Below are positions 58,505 to 64,000 of a DNA stretch of 64,000 nt, piece by piece. The first letter of the stretch is position 1, and the number at the start of each line of letters is the position of its first letter. Both the position numbers and the translations under genes were made by a program. The DNA comes from Candidatus Komeilibacteria bacterium (GTDB lineage Bacteria; Patescibacteriota; Patescibacteriia; UBA1558): the NCBI GenBank assembly GCA_048538235.1, contig JBLYPX010000001.1, positions 521,015 to 585,014 of the forward strand, given 5' to 3'. Under the pieces are notes generated by a model. That model was given only the letters and a program-made list of their open reading frames with translations, searched no databases and was not told the DNA's origin.

Positions 58505-61344
58505 TATTTAACTAAACTTATCTTAACCTCGGTATTTCCAACCTTAACTTCTTCAGAAATAATTCCAGACTCTTCACCTTCTTTAATATTGTCTGCTAAT
58601 ACTTGTTTCTGTAGCTCATCATTAAACTTATTAAATACATTCTTAACTAAATCATCCTTTGTTGAATACAGTACACTTACTCTATCTTCAATAGTTAAGC
58701 CAGATTTCTTTCTTAAGAAATTAATCTGCCTAATAATATCTCTAAGCAACCCTTCTTCTTCAAGTTCTAGTGTTAATTTTGTATCTAATTCAATTACATC
58801 TTTTAAGTTAATACTATAGTCTACATTCTTAATATTTAGCTCCTCTTTTAATAGCTGAATGTGTTGATCTGATAACCTATCTCCATTTTCATCAATTTTA
58901 ATTTCCAATCTATTTAATGGTTGCCTTACTTTAATACCAGCCTCATCTCTAGCTGCGTGAGCCCTTTCTACAATCTTACGAACCTCTGCCATTTTCATTA
59001 AACCAGTATCTTCTTTAGCATTAAGCTCTTCTGTCTTTGACCAATCTTCTAAATGTACTGAATCTTCATTGCCTAATTGTTGCCATATCCATTCTGCTAA
59101 GAATGGTGTAAATGGTGCCATTACTTTTGCCAGTTCTTTTAGAGCAGTCTTAGTTGTATTAATAGCAGCTTGTGAACCATCTTTAAATCTATCCCTACTT
59201 CTACGAATATACCAGGTAGAGAAATCATTTACATATTCTAATATTGGTCTTGCAGCTTCAACTAATTTATATGCTTCCATATTATCTGTTACTGTATTAA
59301 CAAGTTGTTTAGTACGAATAGCTAACCATTCATCTAAAACGGTTTCTTTATCTTCCAAACTTCCCTTATCTGCATACATATTATAGAAATTAACAATATT
59401 TATTGTAGTCATTACTAAATTTCTATAAAGCTCTGCCACATCTTTCTCCACAAATCTTAAATCTGTTGCTTTCATAACAGGAGATGTTAAAAGATAGTAC
59501 CTTAAACTATCTGCCCCATATTTATCTATTAGTTCAGTAGGATCTGGATAATTATTTAATCTCTTAGACATTTTATTACCATCTTCTGCTAGAACAATAC
59601 CATTAACTATTACATTCTTAAATGCTGGTTTATTAAACAAAGCAGTGGATAGAACCATTAAAGTATAGAACCAACCTCTAGTTTGATCTTGACCTTCAGC
59701 AATAAACTGAGCAGGGAAATTATTCTCAAACTCTTTTTTATTATCAAATGGATAATGTACTTGAGCATATGGCATAGACCCTGATTCAAACCAACAATCT
59801 AATACATCTGGTATTCTATTCCATTTACCATTCTTATCTTCCCAAGATATTTCATCTATAAATGGTCTGTGCAGATCTTCAATCTTTTGACCACTTAATT
59901 TCTCTAATTCTTCAATACTACCAATACAAATAGTTTCATTCTTTTCATTCTTCCAAATAGGAAGTCCTGCACCCCAATACCTTTGTCTAGATATTGCCCA
60001 ATCTCTAGCATTCTCTAACCACTTACCAAATCTACCTTCTTTAATATGTGTTGGCTGCCAATTTATCTCTGCATTATTCTTTAACATCTTGTCTTTAATA
60101 TCTGTAACCTTTACAAACCATGACGATGTTGCATAGTTTAATAGCGGAGTATCGCAACGCCAACAATGAGGATAGCTATGTTCATATTTTTGTTTACCAA
60201 ATAATAGTTCCTTACTAGCTAAATATTTAATTATCTCTACATCCATTGCCTGATGATCATCTTTTGGTTTTACTAGCTTGCCTGCCCAATCTTTAACCTC
60301 TGGTTTAAATTTACCAGATTCATCTACATGTTGTATAAATGGTAATTTCTTATCTTGTCCAAGATTTAAGTCATCCTCACCAAAAGCAGGAGCTATATGT
60401 ACTATACCAGTACCATCTTCTGCTGTTACAAAATCTGCTGTTTGAATTGTATATATATTCTCTTTATTATCTAAATCTCCATTAAGATAGTAATTAAATA
60501 ATGGTTTGTACTTCTTACCTACGATATTCTTAACATCCACCTCTTCAATAATATTATATTCTTTATCTTCGAATATCTTTTCTACATTTTCCTTAGCTAA
60601 AATATATTTACTACCTTCCATTTCTACATTTACGTATGTAATGCTATCGCTTAATGCTAAGGCTACATTACCAGGTAATGTCCAGGGAGTAGTTGTCCAA
60701 GCAAGTAAATATGTTTTAGGCTCATCTTCTAATTCAAACTTAGCAATAACAGATAAATCTTTAATATCTATATAGTTCTGAGTAACTTCAAAATTAGATA
60801 AAGTTGTCTCACAACGAGGACATATGTGCATTGATTTATATCCTTCATAGATAAGATTTTTATCATAAAGTTGTTTAAACACCCACCAAATAGATTCCAT
60901 ATATGAGGTGTCCATAGTTTTGTAATCATGGTCCATATCTACCCAACGACCAATTCTAGGTATAAACCTATACCACTCATCTGCATATTTAAGAACTGAT
61001 CTTCTACATTCACTATTAAATTTATCTACACCCAAATCATCAATAGCATCTTTACTCTTAAGTTCCAACTCTTTTTCTACAATATTTTCTACTGGTAGAC
61101 CATGACAATCCCATCCCCATTTCCTAGCCACATGATAACCTCTCATTGTTTGATAGCGTGGTACTGCATCCTTCATAACTGATGCAACTATATGTCCATA
61201 ATGTGGCAGTCCAGTAGCAAAAGGAGGGCCATCATAAAAAACATATTCACCTTTTGGTGACTCTTTAGTAAGACTTTTGGTAAAAGTATCATCTTTTGAC
61301 CAAAACTCTAATATTTTCTTTTCCTCCTCAGCAAAATTTATCAT
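58504..61344 (-). CDS. ileS: Isoleucyl-tRNA synthetase, type 2
   Basis: DGPPFATGLPHYGH, GWDCHGLP, WTTTPWTL, DWAISRQRYWG, KMSKR. Confidence 0.98.
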   Translation of the reverse strand: MINFAEEEKKILEFWSKDDTFTKSLTKESPKGEYVFYDGPPFATGLPHYGHIVASVMKDAVPRYQTMRGYHVARKWGWDCHGLPVENIVEKELELKSKDAIDDLGVDKFNSECRRSVLKYADEWYRFIPRIGRWVDMDHDYKTMDTSYMESIWWVFKQLYDKNLIYEGYKSMHICPRCETTLSNFEVTQNYIDIKDLSVIAKFELEDEPKTYLLAWTTTPWTLPGNVALALSDSITYVNVEMEGSKYILAKENVEKIFEDKEYNIIEEVDVKNIVGKKYKPLFNYYLNGDLDNKENIYTIQTADFVTAEDGTGIVHIAPAFGEDDLNLGQDKKLPFIQHVDESGKFKPEVKDWAGKLVKPKDDHQAMDVEIIKYLASKELLFGKQKYEHSYPHCWRCDTPLLNYATSSWFVKVTDIKDKMLKNNAEINWQPTHIKEGRFGKWLENARDWAISRQRYWGAGLPIWKNEKNETICIGSIEELEKLSGQKIEDLHRPFIDEISWEDKNGKWNRIPDVLDCWFESGSMPYAQVHYPFDNKKEFENNFPAQFIAEGQDQTRGWFYTLMVLSTALFNKPAFKNVIVNGIVLAEDGNKMSKRLNNYPDPTELIDKYGADSLRYYLLTSPVMKATDLRFVEKDVAELYRNLVMTTINIVNFYNMYADKGSLEDKETVLDEWLAIRTKQLVNTVTDNMEAYKLVEAARPILEYVNDFSTWYIRRSRDRFKDGSQAAINTTKTALKELAKVMAPFTPFLAEWIWQQLGNEDSVHLEDWSKTEELNAKEDTGLMKMAEVRKIVERAHAARDEAGIKVRQPLNRLEIKIDENGDRLSDQHIQLLKEELNIKNVDYSINLKDVIELDTKLTLELEEEGLLRDIIRQINFLRKKSGLTIEDRVSVLYSTKDDLVKNVFNKFNDELQKQVLADNIKEGEESGIISEEVKVGNTEVKISLVK

Positions 61345-61410
61345 TATATATATTCTTTAATTCTAAAACGTAAGTGAATATTACCTAATATTTAGACCTT
61401 TGGCAAATAA

Positions 61411-61572
61411 TTAAAATAGCCAATTTCTTATAAATTTTGTCAAGCCTTTTTGCTCAACAGTTCGATGATCACTTGGATAGCAAACTACACGAGTATTCTT
61501 ATCTAAATTATACTCTCTACTTCTAAAGCGACCACTAGGGTACTTATTTACTTGTGCTTTTCTTTCATTCAT
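61411..61572 (-). CDS. Small hypothetical protein (53 aa)
   Basis: MNERKAQVNKYPSGRFRSREY...FIRNWLF; starts 5 nt after the MerR-like stop. Confidence 0.5.
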   Translation of the reverse strand: MNERKAQVNKYPSGRFRSREYNLDKNTRVVCYPSDHRTVEQKGLTKFIRNWLF

Positions 61573-61577
61573 AGTTT

Positions 61578-61799
61578 CTATTTTATTAATTGTTTTATTT
61601 CACTAATAGTTAAACGTTTCTTGGTTTGCAGGTCGTTTATACGTTTAACTTGGGTTGTGGCCTTTTTCTCATCATAAAGACGGTAACCGCCTCTAGTGCG
61701 CTTACTTTCTTTCAAAAGACCCTCTTGGGTATAAAAATGAATGGTTGATGGTAATACACCAACCTTATTCGCTAATTGTCCTATTTTTAGATAAGGCAT
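61578..61799 (-). CDS. MerR-family helix-turn-helix protein (DNA-binding domain only)
   Basis: LKIGQLA..VGV..STIHFY..EGLL...RT.GGYRLY...L.ISEIK. Confidence 0.92.
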   Translation of the reverse strand: MPYLKIGQLANKVGVLPSTIHFYTQEGLLKESKRTRGGYRLYDEKKATTQVKRINDLQTKKRLTISEIKQLIK

Positions 61800-61916
61800 G
61801 GGATGGGCTTTTGGCTGTGGATGAGCACAAACATATCCACAGCCAAAACTCCTTTAAGATATAGTTCTTAGCCGCATGGGGGCTAGAATAGCGGTATATT
61901 ACCCTATTCCACATAT

Positions 61917-61968
61917 ATTATATATCTTTAACCATAAAGTGTAAAGCAGTACTTCATACTTTATGGTT
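61917..61968 (-). promoter_or_regulatory. Promoter with overlapping inverted repeat (candidate operator)
   Basis: TTTACA-17 nt-TATAAT; 11-bp inverted repeat AACCATAAAGT (61930-61940) / ACTTTATGGTT (61958-61968). Confidence 0.6.
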
Positions 61969-61978
61969 GTGTATAAAT

Positions 61979-62009
61979 AAAAAACCACTGAAACTAATCA
62001 GTGGTTTTT
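61979..62009 (-). terminator. Intrinsic terminator
   Basis: AAAAAACCACTGA-AACTAA-TCAGTGGTTTTT. Confidence 0.85.
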
Positions 62010-62025
62010 AAATAGTATCTATCTA

Positions 62026-62556
62026 TTATTGATTCTGCTGTTCTTCTAAATATCTAGTAATAGCATCCACTACTTTTGAATCTGACTTCAATTTCTCTGT
62101 AAACAATACGTGATCTGCGTTAATCTTCATAGCATCTTGTGGTCCATGCAATTCATTACCCAATTTTACTAAAGATAATTCATTCTGACCTTGTGTCTGA
62201 GTAGCAGCACCTTCTTGTGTCTGTTGCAAAGGAGCTTGTACGACTTGAAGATAATAAATATCTTCTAATTGAACAAAGTTGCTGTTATAACTTTGAATCT
62301 TACCAAAGTATACCTGACCATTTGTTAAAAAGACTGCCTGCCAATCTGTAATAGTAACTTTTTCTGCATCATTCATACCGAAGATATTAATCTTGGTATA
62401 TTTGTCTACGAAGTAAAGGCCACCTAAAATGATTACGACTACAATTAGAATCATAATAATTTTAGCTAGCATACCGCCCTTACCAGCTTTCTTAGGTTTT
62501 GCTAATTTAGGCTCTTCAGAACTAGCCATTTCTGGCTTTTTAATATCATCTGACAT
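62026..62556 (-). CDS. Hypothetical single-pass membrane protein
   Basis: TM segment, then WQAVFLTNGQVYFG, YYLQ and LVKLGNELHGP. Confidence 0.85.
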   Translation of the reverse strand: MSDDIKKPEMASSEEPKLAKPKKAGKGGMLAKIIMILIVVVIILGGLYFVDKYTKINIFGMNDAEKVTITDWQAVFLTNGQVYFGKIQSYNSNFVQLEDIYYLQVVQAPLQQTQEGAATQTQGQNELSLVKLGNELHGPQDAMKINADHVLFTEKLKSDSKVVDAITRYLEEQQNQ

Positions 62557-62648
62557 AATATTTCTTATTATTTAATATTTATACTATTTGGCCCTTGTGG
62601 ACATATTATATAATACTTTTAAAGTATTTTCAAATGGGGATAAAAGAC

Positions 62649-64000
62649 CTAGAAACTAACTGCTCCATCGTTCATTACACTGTTTACTTGCTCGGGGGTA
62701 AGTACATAATTATACACTCGCAAATCGTCAATTATGCCCTCCCAAAAATCTATAGCCACACCAGCATTCTCTCTAGCACCAATGTATAAATCTTCATTTG
62801 AAAAATCAAAATCTTGAGTAATGCTGCCAGTGTGTGTAACAGCAACTCCGTTTCTATAGAACACTGTTTGATCGGTAGTACTATCATGACTTACAACTAC
62901 ATGGTACCAGCCGGCTCCAGAAAAATATGTATCAACTTGAGCTGTCTGCCAAGTTGAACCATTTTTGGTTTGAAAATATAATTTAGTCGTAGTACTATCA
63001 CCAACCCTTACTTGCCAAGTGGTACCACCAGTACTTTCATCATCCCTAGATAGAGCAATCAATTTTGCATTAATTTTTGGAGTATCGTCTACATAAACCC
63101 AAGCAGCTAAAGTAACTTGCTTACTATTAAACGCAGCATTATATGGAACCACAATATAATCATCGGTGCTATCAAAATTCAAACCACTATTAATCTTTCC
63201 ACTTGCACCATTATACCAAGCTGTACCAGATGTTTCGCAAGTACCAACTGTTGTTTGAGAACCAGAACCACCTATGGTAATAGTTCCATCGTTTCCTCGA
63301 TAACCATCACCCGTTGGTGCCCAATCATAAGCTGTCAATCCTTCACATTCATCAAATTTCCACCAAGCAATAGGAGCACCCCTATTAAATTCCCAAGCTA
63401 CTTGTGCTGAGGAGCGAGCATAATTATACACACGAACCTGATCAATGTCTCCAGAATGAAAATATGACTGAACCCCTGAATCATTATTAGCAGACGGAGA
63501 CTGAGTTCCAGCATTACCAATGGTAGTACCATTACTCCCATTATAGTCTGTAAAGGCAGTTAATGTTGTGTCTGACGCCACAAGTACACCATCAACATAT
63601 ATAAACATATCCCCGTTTGGTCCGTCAGCAACTGCAGAAACATAATACCAACGTCCAGTTTCTAAGTTTGAAGTCGCATAACCAAGACTTCTATGGCTAT
63701 CATTATTTTCAACACCCAAATGTAATTCATCATTGTACAAACCAAATTCAATACCTCGAGTAACACCTCCATCTGTAAATATTGCTCTATGGCCAGTTAA
63801 TACATCCCACTTTACCCATGCACTAACAGAAACTTTTGAACTACTTGAAGGCGATTCAATGTCTCCACAATCTACATAAGCATCCGTTCCATTAAAACTC
63901 AGCCCCCCTCCTAATTTACCGGCAACCCACGTAGCATTAGTGACTGTACCGTTATAACTATTATCTGAAGTGTCATATGTATTACTACCTGTTTTTTCAT
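62649..64000 (-). CDS. LamG/concanavalin A-like repeat surface protein, 5' end outside window
   Basis: The frame stays open from 63740 to the window end. Tandem LamG units: WWKFDE, GL.FDG, WYHV, G.IDD.RVYNY. Confidence 0.9.
   Translation of the reverse strand, partial: EKTGSNTYDTSDNSYNGTVTNATWVAGKLGGGLSFNGTDAYVDCGDIESPSSSSKVSVSAWVKWDVLTGHRAIFTDGGVTRGIEFGLYNDELHLGVENNDSHRSLGYATSNLETGRWYYVSAVADGPNGDMFIYVDGVLVASDTTLTAFTDYNGSNGTTIGNAGTQSPSANNDSGVQSYFHSGDIDQVRVYNYARSSAQVAWEFNRGAPIAWWKFDECEGLTAYDWAPTGDGYRGNDGTITIGGSGSQTTVGTCETSGTAWYNGASGKINSGLNFDSTDDYIVVPYNAAFNSKQVTLAAWVYVDDTPKINAKLIALSRDDESTGGTTWQVRVGDSTTTKLYFQTKNGSTWQTAQVDTYFSGAGWYHVVVSHDSTTDQTVFYRNGVAVTHTGSITQDFDFSNEDLYIGARENAGVAIDFWEGIIDDLRVYNYVLTPEQVNSVMNDGAVSF

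Noticed and set aside
61345-61410. T-box or leader peptide before ileS (also checked before glyQS and metG)
   Set aside because: No T-box consensus, terminator or cognate codon run found.
1-64000. CRISPR arrays, transposases, integrases, rRNA, introns or inteins, recoded stop codons
   Set aside because: None seen. DnaB and other proteins are of normal length, TGA serves as a stop and RF2 is present.

Overview
AT-rich bacterial chromosome segment, genetic code 11, almost certainly Patescibacteria/CPR (Parcubacteria-like). This is inferred from the missing rpmD/L30 between S5 and L15, near-absent Shine-Dalgarno sites, extended ribosomal proteins, split ComEC and a LamG surface protein. It is mostly housekeeping: str and S10-spc ribosomal clusters, secY-adk-map, dnaB-ybaB-recR, ftsA-ftsZ-nrdR, prfB, metG, glyQS, ileS, tgt, recO and two tRNAs. 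The most striking feature is at 1847-2070 (minus strand). A sigma70-type promoter drives a 17-codon leader peptide with six consecutive Asn codons (MKLYSAELNNNNNNTGS), followed by mutually exclusive 1:2 / 2:3 / 3:4 helices whose terminator ends just before a tRNA-Asn(GUU) gene. This looks like a trp/his-type ribosome-dependent attenuator whose controlled product is the cognate tRNA itself, and that tRNA carries an atypical A73 discriminator. Other candidates are two stand-alone structured ncRNAs (25678-25945 + and 30843-31057 -) that share terminal motifs, structured leaders before rpsL, rplC and a MerR-like gene, a membrane-anchored Clp/Hsp100 ATPase with a degenerate first AAA domain and altered pore loops, a TGT lacking its zinc cysteines, and an S12 with natural substitutions at streptomycin-resistance positions. 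All calls were made by eye from the sequence; no searches or folding programs were run.
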